Positions 45,565-54,977 of a stretch of 64,000 nt of DNA are shown piece after piece. Numbering within the stretch: position 1 is the first letter of the stretch; each line of letters begins with the position of its first letter. Below the pieces are notes generated by a model that saw only the letters and a list, made by a program, of their open reading frames with translations, was not told where the DNA came from and did no database searches. The position numbers were made by a program, and so were the translations under genes. Origin of the DNA: Eubacteriales bacterium. Lineage in GTDB: Bacteria > Bacillota > Clostridia > Oscillospirales > CAG-272. The stretch lies in assembly GCA_045655185.1 (NCBI GenBank), contig JAZOOS010000034.1:84744-148743 (forward strand), written 5' to 3'.

Positions 45565-45999
45565 TCAAAGCCCAAGCGCTGCAAATTTGCTGCGCATTTT
45601 TTCAAGATTTTCGGTCTGGTTCTTTTCTTCGGCTGCCAGCGTTTCCGCCGCGTAGATCAAAACGTATTCGCTGACCCCGACAATCGCGATCTCCTTGTCG
45701 ATCCCCGCGTAATCGGTCAGATCGTTTGGCAGAAGAATACGCCCCTGTGCATCGGGGGTGGCACATACCGAATGAGAGAAAATGAATTGCTTGATATCCT
45801 CGATCTCGCTGTCGGGATAGGCGTTCAGCTTTTCGCGAAGCTTTTCCCATTCGGCAAGCGGGTAAACGACGAGCGCGGGTTTGGTTAATTTGCGGGTGAT
45901 AAAAAAGGATTCTCCAAGATTGGAACGAAGCTTTGCGGGAACAAAGAAACGGTTCTTGGGATCGAGCGTATGATAAAAGGTGCCGTAAAAGCCGTTCAT
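45565..45999 (-). CDS. mraZ: Transcriptional regulator MraZ
   Basis: Start at ATG 45999 (SD GGAGGGGG upstream), giving MNGFYGTFYHTLDPKNRFFVPAKLR. It has duplicated SpoVT/AbrB-like halves. Confidence 0.95.
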   Translation of the reverse strand: MNGFYGTFYHTLDPKNRFFVPAKLRSNLGESFFITRKLTKPALVVYPLAEWEKLREKLNAYPDSEIEDIKQFIFSHSVCATPDAQGRILLPNDLTDYAGIDKEIAIVGVSEYVLIYAAETLAAEEKNQTENLEKMRSKFAALGL

Positions 46000-46029
46000 T
46001 GCAAAGCCCCCTCCTTTTTTTGTTTTTTT

Positions 46030-46105
46030 GGCATCCAAATTCACCACTTGGAACCACAATTATACACTTTGACTCCATTTTACTCCATTTTTTGTGATTT
46101 GTCAA
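46030..46105 (-). promoter_or_regulatory. mraZ promoter TTGACA-N17-TAAAAT overlapped by 10-bp-phased TGGAGT/GTGG repeats (putative MraZ operator)
   Basis: The minus strand reads cTTGACAaatcacaaaaaatggagTAAAATggagtcaaagtgtataattgtggttccaagtggtg. Confidence 0.6.
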
Positions 46106-46169
46106 GAGAATTTTTCGAAAAAACTGCATTTTTTTAAAAATACGATTTTATAAACTTTACGGCACTATC

Positions 46170-46198
46170 TTTACAAAAAATAAAAAATATGATATAAT
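46170..46198 (+). promoter_or_regulatory. Promoter TTTACA-N17-TATAAT
   Basis: Hexamers at 46170-46175 and 46193-46198, upstream of the 111-aa gene and ispDF. Confidence 0.6.
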
Positions 46199-46236
46199 AT
46201 CATTACTGAATTAATGCTTATACGGAGGAAAAAAGG

Positions 46237-46572
46237 ATGGGTCTTGGCCGTTTGCTGGGGTTTCGTGAAAACCCCAAAAGTAAGGCGTACCGTATGCGTC
46301 GCGCCAAGCAGCTTCACGGGTTGGTGATCCGCTACGTGACCGAGCGTCGCGGCGATAACGACGACGTGATCGGGCGTGGGGGGAATCTATCGGTGCGTGA
46401 CGATGAATTCTTGGTTTTTTCCTCGGGCGAGATCCTGCTTCGTGCCGATATTGCCGAGCTTGAGATCAGTGAGCTTATGTCGGGCGACGGGGTGATCTTA
46501 ACCGCCCCCAATCTTGAAGAAGGGGGAAAGGTACGCACGATGACCGCCCATTACGTGTACCACCGCAAATAA
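46237..46572 (+). CDS. Hypothetical 111-aa protein
   Basis: Strong SD GGAGG upstream. The stop overlaps the ispD ORF start (TAATG). I recognise no family motif. Confidence 0.6.
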   Translation: MGLGRLLGFRENPKSKAYRMRRAKQLHGLVIRYVTERRGDNDDVIGRGGNLSVRDDEFLVFSSGEILLRADIAELEISELMSGDGVILTAPNLEEGGKVRTMTAHYVYHRK

Positions 46573-47345
46573 TGAAGCTGACGCGTTGTCTTTCGGGGCT
46601 TGTCCGAGCTTTATCTATGCAAAGCCGCCCCTATACCGCGGCGGTGTTGCTGGCGGGCGGCGCAGGAAGCCGTATGAATAACACGGGAGGCCCCACCAAG
46701 CAATGGATGATGCTTGGCGGGAAGCCGATCCTGTATCACGCGATCAAGGCCTTTGAAGACTGTCCGTATATCGACGAGATCGTCGTCGTTTGTCGCCGCG
46801 AGGAGATGAAGGAGGCGGCGGAGCTTGTCAGGACCTACGGCTTTTCCAAGGTAAGAAGGATCGTTGTTGGCGGAAAGACCCGCCAGCATTCGGCCTATAA
46901 CGGCGCCAAGCGTGTTTCCGAGGGTATCAAGTATATTGCGATCCACGACGTAGCGCGATGTCTCGTAACGCCAGACGATATATGTGCCGCGGTCTCCGCC
47001 GCCTATTCTTATCGGGCGGCGATGCTCGTTGGCCCCGTGCAGGATACGATCAAGCGGGTCGGTAGAGATGGCTTTATCCGTGAAACGGTTGATCGGGAGG
47101 AGCTGCGCTGCGGGCAGACCCCGCAGGTCTTTGCCCTGCCGCTTTATATCGGCGCGGCGACCGCCGCCCTCAAAAGCGGGTATACGGTAACCGACGACAG
47201 TATGCTGCTTGAGCATATCGGGCATAGGGTGCGGGTAATCGAAGCCAAGGACGAAAATTTCAAGATCACCACCCCCGCCGATCTTGAGGTGGCCGAGGCT
47301 CTGCTTTCCCGGCGAAAAGGAAAAAAGAAAAAGGAGAATTCTTGA
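46572..47345 (+). CDS. ispD: 2-C-methyl-D-erythritol 4-phosphate cytidylyltransferase IspD
   Basis: Motifs [12 protein letters not shown] and HDVARCLV. An alternative start at ATG 46617 is equally plausible. Confidence 0.9.
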   Translation: MKLTRCLSGLVRALSMQSRPYTAAVLLAGGAGSRMNNTGGPTKQWMMLGGKPILYHAIKAFEDCPYIDEIVVVCRREEMKEAAELVRTYGFSKVRRIVVGGKTRQHSAYNGAKRVSEGIKYIAIHDVARCLVTPDDICAAVSAAYSYRAAMLVGPVQDTIKRVGRDGFIRETVDREELRCGQTPQVFALPLYIGAATAALKSGYTVTDDSMLLEHIGHRVRVIEAKDENFKITTPADLEVAEALLSRRKGKKKKENS

Positions 47346-47346
47346 T

Positions 47347-47829
47347 ATGTCCTTTCGGATCGGTCACGGCTACGACGTGCACCGTTTGGTAGCGGGGCGC
47401 CCCTTGATTCTCGGCGGCGTTCTTATCCCCTATGAAAAGGGGCTTCTCGGCCATTCGGATGCCGATTGCCTTTTGCACGCGATCATGGATGCGGTGCTCG
47501 GTGCCCTCGGCCTTGGGGATATAGGCCATCATTTTCCCGATACCGACGAAAAATTGGCGGGCATTGACAGCTGCTTGCTCGTCGAACGCGTTGCTGCTCT
47601 TATGAGAGAAAAGCAGTATAGCGTTTTGAATATCGACGCCACCGTTATCGCGCAAAGGCCCAAGCTTGCCCCTTACCTTGATGAGATGAAAGCTGTCGTT
47701 GCTTCGCTCTTTTCGGTAGAGAAGGAGGCCGTGAATATTAAGGCTACGACCGAAGAGGGTCTCGGGTTTTCGGGAAGCGGTGAAGGGATCGCCGCCCACG
47801 CCGTTTGCCTTTTAACTTTACAAAATTAA
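47347..47829 (+). CDS. ispF: 2-C-methyl-D-erythritol 2,4-cyclodiphosphate synthase IspF
   Basis: ATG 47347 follows SD AAGGAG. The product starts [14 protein letters not shown], followed by [11 protein letters not shown]. Confidence 0.95.
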   Translation: MSFRIGHGYDVHRLVAGRPLILGGVLIPYEKGLLGHSDADCLLHAIMDAVLGALGLGDIGHHFPDTDEKLAGIDSCLLVERVAALMREKQYSVLNIDATVIAQRPKLAPYLDEMKAVVASLFSVEKEAVNIKATTEEGLGFSGSGEGIAAHAVCLLTLQN

Positions 47830-48003
47830 GGGGTGGTTTCCCACCCCCACGTATGGTCGCACGCCACAAGCCTTACGTCTTTTTCTTTACCGTCGGGACG
47901 TGCGACGAGTACGAAGATTTCTTTTCCCCGCAATAATTAGGTTATGGAAACGGTGGCAGAGTGCCACCCGAAAAATGAGAATATTTTAACGAGAGGTTCT
48001 ATC

Positions 48004-48651
48004 ATGACACAAATTGCACCTTCTATTTTATCCTGTGATTTCGCCAATATGGGCAATGCTGTCGTGATGATGGAAAAAGCGGGGGCAGATGCTGCCCACA
48101 TCGACGTTATGGACGGGGTATTCGTGCCCAACATCAGCTTCGGCTTTCCGATCATCTCGGCGATCCGTCCTTATACCGAAATGCCCTTTGACGTACATCT
48201 GATGATCACCGAGCCCGAACGGTATATCGAGCGCTTTATTAAGGCGGGTGCCGACTGGGTCACCGTACATTACGAGGCCTGTAAAAGCGTGGATACGGCT
48301 ATCGATCTTATCGCGTCGGCCGAAAAGAAGGTGGGGCTTTCGATCAAGCCCGCGACCCCCGTATCAGCCATTTTGCCCTATCTTGACCGTTTGGATATGG
48401 TTCTAATTATGACGGTAGAGCCGGGCTTTGGCGGCCAGTCGCTGATCCCCGAAACGCTTGAAAAGGTCAAGGAATTAAAGGCGATCCTTCTTGAGCGCGG
48501 GCTTTCGCATATCAAGATCGAGGTAGACGGCGGTATCAACAAGGAAACGGCGAAAGCGGCGGTTGCGGCCGGAGCGGATATTCTGGTAGCCGGCTCGTCT
48601 GTCTTTTTGGCACCCGATATGAAAGAGGCGATCGAGTCGCTTCGCGCCTGA
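48004..48651 (+). CDS. rpe: Ribulose-phosphate 3-epimerase
   Basis: ATG 48004 starts MTQIAPSILSCDF, followed by HIDVMDGVFVPN and VDGGIN. Confidence 0.95.
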   Translation: MTQIAPSILSCDFANMGNAVVMMEKAGADAAHIDVMDGVFVPNISFGFPIISAIRPYTEMPFDVHLMITEPERYIERFIKAGADWVTVHYEACKSVDTAIDLIASAEKKVGLSIKPATPVSAILPYLDRLDMVLIMTVEPGFGGQSLIPETLEKVKELKAILLERGLSHIKIEVDGGINKETAKAAVAAGADILVAGSSVFLAPDMKEAIESLRA

Positions 48652-48671
48652 TCTTAAAATAAAAAAACCTC

Positions 48672-48700
48672 TTGCATTTTTCTTTATCTTATGTTATACT
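48672..48700 (+). promoter_or_regulatory. Promoter TTGCAT-N17-TATACT (TGn extended -10) driving riboswitch-metK
   Basis: Hexamers at 48672-48677 and 48695-48700. Confidence 0.65.
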
Positions 48701-48715
48701 GTTGAAGCAATTGAA

Positions 48716-48840
48716 TATCTTATCAAGAGCGGCGGAGGGACTGGCCCTGTGAAGCCCGGCAACCTGTTAATTCAAGGTGCTAAATCCCGATAGATGAGAG
48801 TTTTAGGATCGGGACGCCACTCGCGCCCCGATTTTTTTAA
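48716..48840 (+). promoter_or_regulatory. SAM-I (S-box) riboswitch with expression-platform terminator
   Basis: The aptamer matches the S-box consensus: CTTATCAAGAGCGGCGGAGGGACTGGCCCTGTGAAGCCCGGCAACC...GGTGCTAAATCCCGATAGATGAGAG. A hairpin plus T7 follows at 48803-48838. Confidence 0.92.
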
Positions 48841-48867
48841 GGATTTTTAGAAATAGAGGACATAAAA

Positions 48868-50046
48868 ATGAACAAAAAGCTGTTTACTTCCGAATCGGTC
48901 ACCGAGGGACATCCCGACAAAATGTGCGATATGATCTCGGATTCGATCCTTGACGCGATGCTGGAGAAGGATCCCTTTTCCCGCGTAGCGTGTGAGACCT
49001 TCGCGACCACGGGTGTGGTCACCGTTATGGGGGAGATCACGACTGAGGCGTACGTGGATATCCAAACCATCGTGCGTGATACCGTCCGCTCGATCGGCTA
49101 CGATAACGCTTCCTACGGCTTTGACGCCGATAACTGCGCGGTACTTACCTCGATTCACGAGCAATCGCCCGATATCGCGATGGGCGTTGACCGTTGCGCC
49201 GAGGATAAAGCGGGAGAGCTTTCCGACAATTTGAACACGGGCGCCGGCGACCAAGGGCTGATGTTCGGCTACGCATGCCGCGAGACCGAAGAGCTTATGC
49301 CGTTGCCTATCTCGCTTTCGCACCGCCTTGCCAAGCAGCTCTCTAAGGTCAGAAAGGATAAAACACTTCCGTATCTGCGTCCCGACGGAAAAACCCAGGT
49401 AACCGTTGAATATGAGGGGGATACCCCCGTTCGCGTTGATACCGTTGTCGTTTCCTCTCAGCACGATCCCGACGTGACGATGGAGCAAATGAAGGCGGAT
49501 ATTATCAAAGAGGTCATCACCCCCATCATTCCTGCCTCGTTGCTTGACGATTCCACCAAGATCTACGTGAACCCGACCGGGCGCTTCGTTATTGGCGGCC
49601 CCGCGGGCGATACCGGTCTTACCGGGCGTAAGATCATCGTGGATACCTACGGCGGCTATTCCCGCCACGGTGGCGGCGCCTTCTCGGGTAAGGATCCGAC
49701 GAAGGTAGACAGAAGCGCCTCGTACGCTGCTCGCTACCTTGCCAAAAACGTCGTAGCTGCGGGTCTTGCCGACCGTTGCGAGGTACAGATCGCTTACGCC
49801 ATCGGCGTGGCCAAGCCGGTCTCGGTTATGGTAGAAACCTTCGGTACCGCCAAGGTATCCGAGGAACGCATTACGAACGCGCTTGCAGCACTCGTTGATC
49901 TGCGCCCCGGTGCCATCATCAACCGTTTCAAGCTCCGCCGCCCGATCTACCGTGCCTTTGCCGCTTACGGGCATATGGGACGCGAGGATCTTTTGGCCCC
50001 TTGGGAAAAGACCGACCTGAAAGAGGAGCTTTCGAAGCTTCTGTGA
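48868..50046 (+). CDS. metK: S-adenosylmethionine synthetase
   Basis: 392-aa ORF with [25 protein letters not shown] and [16 protein letters not shown] motifs. Confidence 0.97.
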   Translation: MNKKLFTSESVTEGHPDKMCDMISDSILDAMLEKDPFSRVACETFATTGVVTVMGEITTEAYVDIQTIVRDTVRSIGYDNASYGFDADNCAVLTSIHEQSPDIAMGVDRCAEDKAGELSDNLNTGAGDQGLMFGYACRETEELMPLPISLSHRLAKQLSKVRKDKTLPYLRPDGKTQVTVEYEGDTPVRVDTVVVSSQHDPDVTMEQMKADIIKEVITPIIPASLLDDSTKIYVNPTGRFVIGGPAGDTGLTGRKIIVDTYGGYSRHGGGAFSGKDPTKVDRSASYAARYLAKNVVAAGLADRCEVQIAYAIGVAKPVSVMVETFGTAKVSEERITNALAALVDLRPGAIINRFKLRRPIYRAFAAYGHMGREDLLAPWEKTDLKEELSKLL

Positions 50047-50093
50047 CCGCAAAAACGCCGCCCGCATATGCTATAAAAAACGGGAGGCGTTTT

Positions 50094-50426
50094 ATGCTAT
50101 ACGAAATTCTTTGCTTGCTGATCGCGGCCTTTGCCGTATACGGCTTTTATCGGGCCGTCCGTCAGTTTCTTTTCGGCGGCGTTTCGGGGGATATCAAAAC
50201 GGTTCCCGCGCTTCGCTTTACTGTCTCTTCCTCGGAAGAGGAGACCGAAGAGCAATTACAAATCCTGCAGCTTCGTACCGATGCTATGGGGGATGAGCCC
50301 CCTGTGCTCTTGATCGATTGCCCCTTGCGGGGGGAGGTGCTTCGCCGGTTGGCCGCCGGCGGAACCGAGATTTATCTTTCATACGAGGAATACTATGAAA
50401 AAACAAAAAACTGCTCCATGCGTTAA
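50094..50426 (+). CDS. Hypothetical small membrane protein (one N-terminal TM helix)
   Basis: ATG 50094 follows SD GGGAGG. The product starts MLYEILCLLIAAFAVYGFY. The 3' end overlaps the recD2 start by 32 nt. Confidence 0.55.
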   Translation: MLYEILCLLIAAFAVYGFYRAVRQFLFGGVSGDIKTVPALRFTVSSSEEETEEQLQILQLRTDAMGDEPPVLLIDCPLRGEVLRRLAAGGTEIYLSYEEYYEKTKNCSMR

Positions 50427-52632
50427 GTGCGGAGAAAGGATAACGCTCAGCGGTAGCGTGGAATCGGTGATCTTCCGCAGCGAAAGCAGCGATTACACGG
50501 TGATCGAGCTTTTAAGCGACAAGGGCGAGCGTGTCGTTGCCGTGGGGAATATGCCCTATCTTTCCGAAGGGGAAGAGACGGTTCTTTACGGCGTTTATAC
50601 GACTCATGCGGAGTACGGAAAACAATTTTCGGTTGAGACCTATGAAAAGCACCTGCCGACCGGGGCGGCCGCTATCCTAAAATACCTTTCCTCCCGTACC
50701 GTGCGCGGGGTCGGGGCCGCGACCGCTATCAAGATCGTTGAGCGGTATGGAGACGATACCTTTGAGGTGATCGAAAACCGTCCCGAATGGCTCTCAGATA
50801 TCCCGGGGATCTCTCCCAAAAAGGCCAAGGAGATCCATCAGTCCTTTTGTGAGCAATCGGGGATTCGCAATCTGATGATGTTTTGCCGCGATTATTTCGG
50901 CAGCACTATCATCAACCGCATCTATAAGCAGTGGGGAAACGGGGCCGTGGGGATCATCAAGGAAAATCCCTACCGCCTTTGCCGCGACGTTTTCGGCATC
51001 GGCTTTGAGCGGGCAGACGCCATCGCCGCATCCCTTGGGATAGGGCGCGAATCGAGTGAGCGCTTGGTCAGCGGTCTTACCTATATTCTTCAGATGGGCG
51101 CCGCCTCGGGTGGGCATACCTGTATGCCCGAGGACAAGCTTCTTTTTGTGGCGGAAGAGCAGCTTTCGGTTGCTTCTTCGTTGATCCAAAACGCCCTTTG
51201 CCTGGCCGAAGAAAGCCGCATTCTCTTTAAAAAAGAAGTAGACGGGACGGTATATTGGTATCTTAAAAAATATTACGATGCCGAAGAGTACGTAGCAAGG
51301 CGTTTATTGGATATTGATAAGGGGTGTCCTTCCTTTCACTATAACGATATTGATCGGTTGATCGAGAAGGTTGAGATCGAAAGCGGCATTACTTACGCCG
51401 CTACCCAGCGCCTTTCACTTCGGGAGGCTATGCGAAGCGGGGTGTTGGTTCTGACGGGCGGTCCCGGAACCGGTAAAACCACGATTATTAAAGGGCTTTT
51501 GTCGATCTTTGGCAGCATCGGGATGCGGGTAGCCCTCGCCGCCCCTACAGGGCGCGCCGCCAAGCGAATGAGCGAGGCGACGTCTGCAGAAGCCAAAACC
51601 GTTCACCGTCTGCTTGAATGCGTGCGCGGTGAGGGGGATACGCCCCACTTTTCCCGCAATCAAAAAAATCCTTTGGACGAGGACGTTCTGATCGTGGACG
51701 AGCTTTCCATGCTTGATATGCTACTCTCCGAGGCGCTGCTTCGCGCGGTAAAACGCGGCGCACGCTTGATACTTGTCGGGGATTCCGATCAGCTTCCCTC
51801 GGTGGGGGCAGGGAATGTTCTCGGCGATCTTGTCGAAAGCGGACGCTTAAATACAGTCCGCCTTGACGAGATCTTCCGTCAATCGCGCGAAAGCCTGATC
51901 GTTATGAACGCTCATAAGATCAATGAGGGGAAAATGCCGACCCTTACGGTATCCGATAACGACTTCTTCTTTCTGCCGAGGCGCGAGGAGGAGATTCCGA
52001 AAACGGTAGCCGATCTTTTGGCAAGGCGTCTGCCAAAGGCTTACGGAAAAAGCACCCTTGAGCAAACGCAGGTCATCACTCCCTCCCGCCGTGGGAGCAG
52101 CGGTACCGAGGCCCTCAATGCGCTTTTGCAATCGGTGCTGAACGAAAAGGATCCAAAGAAAAAAGAGCTTTTTCTTGGAGAACGCACCTACCGCATGGGC
52201 GATCGCGTGATGCAGACGAGGAATAACTATGGGATCGAGTGGGTAGAAAATCCCACCGATAACGACGGGGTGTTCAACGGCGACATCGGCGTTATCACCG
52301 ATATCGGCGAGGGGGGCGGATTTATGGACGTCCTCTTTGACGGGGGGCGCATTGCCCGTTACGATAAGGGAAGCTTTGACGAGCTGGAGCTGGCGTATGC
52401 CATTACGGTGCATAAAAGCCAGGGAAGTGAATATGGGACGGTGATCCTGCCGCTTTACAACTGTCCGCCGATGCTAAAGACCCGCAATCTTTTATATACG
52501 GCCGTAACACGCGCAAGGGCACGGGTCATTCTGGTCGGTCGACAGGATGTTTTGCAAACCATGGTCGAAAACGACCGCCAGCTTTTGCGCTATACGCTCC
52601 TTTCGCATAATTTGCGAAGCGAACAAAATTAA
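50395..52632 (+). CDS. recD2: RecD2-type SF1B ATP-dependent DNA helicase
   Basis: 745-aa ORF with Walker A LTGGPGTGKTT, Walker B LIVDELSM, and the C-terminal YAITVHKSQGSE and LLYTAVTRAR. Confidence 0.9.
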   Translation: MKKQKTAPCVKCGERITLSGSVESVIFRSESSDYTVIELLSDKGERVVAVGNMPYLSEGEETVLYGVYTTHAEYGKQFSVETYEKHLPTGAAAILKYLSSRTVRGVGAATAIKIVERYGDDTFEVIENRPEWLSDIPGISPKKAKEIHQSFCEQSGIRNLMMFCRDYFGSTIINRIYKQWGNGAVGIIKENPYRLCRDVFGIGFERADAIAASLGIGRESSERLVSGLTYILQMGAASGGHTCMPEDKLLFVAEEQLSVASSLIQNALCLAEESRILFKKEVDGTVYWYLKKYYDAEEYVARRLLDIDKGCPSFHYNDIDRLIEKVEIESGITYAATQRLSLREAMRSGVLVLTGGPGTGKTTIIKGLLSIFGSIGMRVALAAPTGRAAKRMSEATSAEAKTVHRLLECVRGEGDTPHFSRNQKNPLDEDVLIVDELSMLDMLLSEALLRAVKRGARLILVGDSDQLPSVGAGNVLGDLVESGRLNTVRLDEIFRQSRESLIVMNAHKINEGKMPTLTVSDNDFFFLPRREEEIPKTVADLLARRLPKAYGKSTLEQTQVITPSRRGSSGTEALNALLQSVLNEKDPKKKELFLGERTYRMGDRVMQTRNNYGIEWVENPTDNDGVFNGDIGVITDIGEGGGFMDVLFDGGRIARYDKGSFDELELAYAITVHKSQGSEYGTVILPLYNCPPMLKTRNLLYTAVTRARARVILVGRQDVLQTMVENDRQLLRYTLLSHNLRSEQN

Positions 52633-52655
52633 ATCGGGAAGATTTGTTTTTCGAC

Positions 52656-52684
52656 TTGCAAAGTGCGGGCTTAGCGTGTATAAT
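52656..52684 (+). promoter_or_regulatory. Promoter TTGCAA-N17-TATAAT
   Basis: Hexamers at 52656-52661 and 52679-52684, upstream of the MreB-like gene. Confidence 0.6.
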
Positions 52685-52750
52685 AGTAAATACTGATATT
52701 CAGGGTAAGTAGATCAAAAGCATAAATGCTTTTAGAAAGGGGGAGACACG

Positions 52751-53788
52751 ATGAAAAGGGTCGGCATAGACCTCGGGGCGTTCGAGATCGTTACCGCCAC
52801 GAAAAACGAAAACAAGCTTTTTAGAGAAAAGGCTTGTGTGGCTATCGGTCGGGATGACGGGTCCTTTCTGGGCATCGGTGCCGATGCGCAACGATATATC
52901 GGAAAAGGAGATCCGCCCGCTGTTTTGCGTCCTATATTCGAAGAACGAATCGTGGTTCCCTCATATACCAAGGCCGCGATCGCCCATAGTCTTATGCGTA
53001 TGGGAAACGCCGATGGGGCCTGCTTGTTTATGAGTGTGCCCTGCAGCTTCGAGGAGGTCGAAGAAGCGGCGCTTGCCGAAATGGCGATCCAGGCAGGTGC
53101 CTCGGACGTGCATTTTGTGTATTCACCCTTGGCGGCGCTTGCGGGAAATGATCTTGATCCCCGAAACAGCGGGATCGTGGTGGATATCGGGGCCGCCCGT
53201 ACCGACGTGATGATCCTTTGCCACGGCCGTATTTTTTATAAAAATACCTATGCGGCGGCGGGGGGCGCCTTTGACCGTGCGATCACCGAATATCTTTTAA
53301 AAAAGCATAAGGTTCGTATTTCCCTGCAAAGCGCCGAGCTGATCAAGCAAAAAATAGGCACAGTCTGGGTCGGGAACGAAAAGAAATACGTGGATGTACG
53401 GGGAAGGGATGCGGCGAGTAACGAATGCTGCTCGGTCAGGATCTGCTCCGAAGAGATGTTCACCGCGCTTGAAGAGCCGATGGCCGCCCTTATCGAGTCG
53501 GTGTGTGACGCGATCACCCGTATCCCCAGTGACGGCGTGCAAGAGGTCTTTGATACCGGTATTCTGCTTTGTGGGGGCGGATGCCTGCTTGACGGGCTTG
53601 ACAAAATGATAAGCGGTGTTACCGGGGTAAACGCCATGCGCCTTCGCAATCCTTGTGAAACGGTTGCTATGGGGCTTGCCTCGTTACATACGAAGATCCC
53701 GAACGCCAAGGAAGCGGGCACCTTGAATATCTCCCGCTATTTTATCAAAAATGCGGCTACTCCGCAGGAAGGAATGCTTTTATCATGA
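52751..53788 (+). CDS. Divergent MreB/actin-like protein with degenerate nucleotide-binding motifs
   Basis: 345-aa ORF, MreB-like throughout (GGAFDRAITEYLLKKHKVRIS..AELIKQKIG; LLCGGGCLLDGLDKMI). The phosphate motifs read DLGAFE and DIGAART instead of DLGTAN and DIGGGTT. Confidence 0.75.
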   Translation: MKRVGIDLGAFEIVTATKNENKLFREKACVAIGRDDGSFLGIGADAQRYIGKGDPPAVLRPIFEERIVVPSYTKAAIAHSLMRMGNADGACLFMSVPCSFEEVEEAALAEMAIQAGASDVHFVYSPLAALAGNDLDPRNSGIVVDIGAARTDVMILCHGRIFYKNTYAAAGGAFDRAITEYLLKKHKVRISLQSAELIKQKIGTVWVGNEKKYVDVRGRDAASNECCSVRICSEEMFTALEEPMAALIESVCDAITRIPSDGVQEVFDTGILLCGGGCLLDGLDKMISGVTGVNAMRLRNPCETVAMGLASLHTKIPNAKEAGTLNISRYFIKNAATPQEGMLLS

Positions 53789-53895
53789 GTAAGATGACAA
53801 AAAAAGAAAGAAGACGCCAGATTTTCGCCCTCGTTATGGCGGGCATGATGCTCGTCGGTATCCTAACGACCACGCTTTATTACCTCATTCATTAA
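53785..53895 (+). CDS. 36-aa single-TM micro-protein translationally coupled to the MreB-like gene
   Basis: Not in the ORF track (<60 aa). ATG 53785 overlaps the TGA stop (ATGA). The product is MSKMTKKERRRQIFALVMAGMMLVGILTTTLYYLIH, and a terminator follows. Confidence 0.5.
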   Translation: MSKMTKKERRRQIFALVMAGMMLVGILTTTLYYLIH

Positions 53896-53906
53896 AAAAT
53901 GAATTG

Positions 53907-53940
53907 AAAAAGGCGACCGAATCTTCGGTCGCCTTTTTTA
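53907..53940 (+). terminator. Intrinsic terminator
   Basis: Hairpin AGGCGACCGA-atct-TCGGTCGCCT followed by T6. Confidence 0.8.
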
Positions 53941-54083
53941 TTGGTTATACAGGGAAACAATAGAAAAAAGGGTTGTTTGTAAACAAACTTTTCCTTTTTT
54001 TCTACGAATAGGAAGCGGCGCTATTCTTGCTTTTCATGCTTCTTCGGACTACAATGGAAGCACCAAAGAAAAGGAGAAGAAAA

Positions 54084-54977
54084 ATGAAAGCAAGAAGGAT
54101 ACTTACCGCTTTATTACTGCTTTCGCTGCTGGTTTCGTGCGGGGCCTTGCCAAGCGAAACCACGACGGAAAGCGGGGCGGTGACCACCGAGGGGGTACCG
54201 GAGTCGATTTTACCCGTTGTAACCTTGCCGCCCGTTGGTGCCGATAAAAACGAAGCCGAGGGAGAAGCACCTCCACCCATCGTAAAGCCGCCCGTGACCT
54301 CACCCGAGGAAGAACCAAAAGAAGAGCCACCCGAAGAAAATCCCCGTAAGGAGATCATCGTTTGTCTTGACGCAGGGCATGGGCTGAAGGACCCAGGGGC
54401 TATCGGGAAGCTTTCAGGGGTTACATATTACGAAAAGAATTTCAATCTTTCGGTGGCGCTGCTACTGCGGAAAAACCTTGCGGAGCTGGGGTATACGGTC
54501 TTGATGATACGCGAGGCGGATACCTCTTTATTGGGCGGAAGCAATTACGACGCCCAATACAAAACGACCGATGAAGCCTTGGCAAGGCGAAAATACGCCA
54601 AAAGCATGGGAACAGACCTCTATCTATCCTTGCATTGCAACGCCTATGCGGGGGAGGGGAGAGCCTTTGGCCCGATCGTTTTTTATAACGGGCGCAGCGA
54701 TACGACCTACCGCGCCCAATCCTTGGCCGAGGTCTTTTCGGGGGAGATGAACGGCTTGCGAGCGGCCTTTCCCGCAACCGGCGCCCCCCGTATTCGCGAG
54801 GGAAATTCTTATATCGTATTAAAGGATACGGCCTTGCCCGCCTTGCTTATTGAGCTTGGGTTTATGACCGATCATAGCGACCTTACACTCCTTAGCCGAA
54901 AGGATTGGCAGGAGGCCTGCGCCCGCCGCCTTTCGTCGGCTGTGGAAAAAAGCTATATGGAGGGGTTGATTGGCTGA
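54084..54977 (+). CDS. N-acetylmuramoyl-L-alanine amidase (Amidase_3) lipoprotein
   Basis: ATG 54084 follows SD AAGGAG. The product has a lipobox LLVSC, a Pro/Glu-rich linker, CLDAGHGLKDPGA and a later SLHCNA. Confidence 0.85.
   Translation: MKARRILTALLLLSLLVSCGALPSETTTESGAVTTEGVPESILPVVTLPPVGADKNEAEGEAPPPIVKPPVTSPEEEPKEEPPEENPRKEIIVCLDAGHGLKDPGAIGKLSGVTYYEKNFNLSVALLLRKNLAELGYTVLMIREADTSLLGGSNYDAQYKTTDEALARRKYAKSMGTDLYLSLHCNAYAGEGRAFGPIVFYNGRSDTTYRAQSLAEVFSGEMNGLRAAFPATGAPRIREGNSYIVLKDTALPALLIELGFMTDHSDLTLLSRKDWQEACARRLSSAVEKSYMEGLIG

Noticed and set aside
47830-48003. Several hairpins between ispF and rpe: GGGGTGG-tttc-CCACCCC; GTCGCACG...CGTGCGAC; GGTGGCA-gag-TGCCACC. They might form a riboswitch or sRNA.
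   Set aside because: They match no riboswitch class I can recognise. The first hairpin is probably the ispF terminator and the rest the rpe leader. The evidence is too weak to report as a feature.
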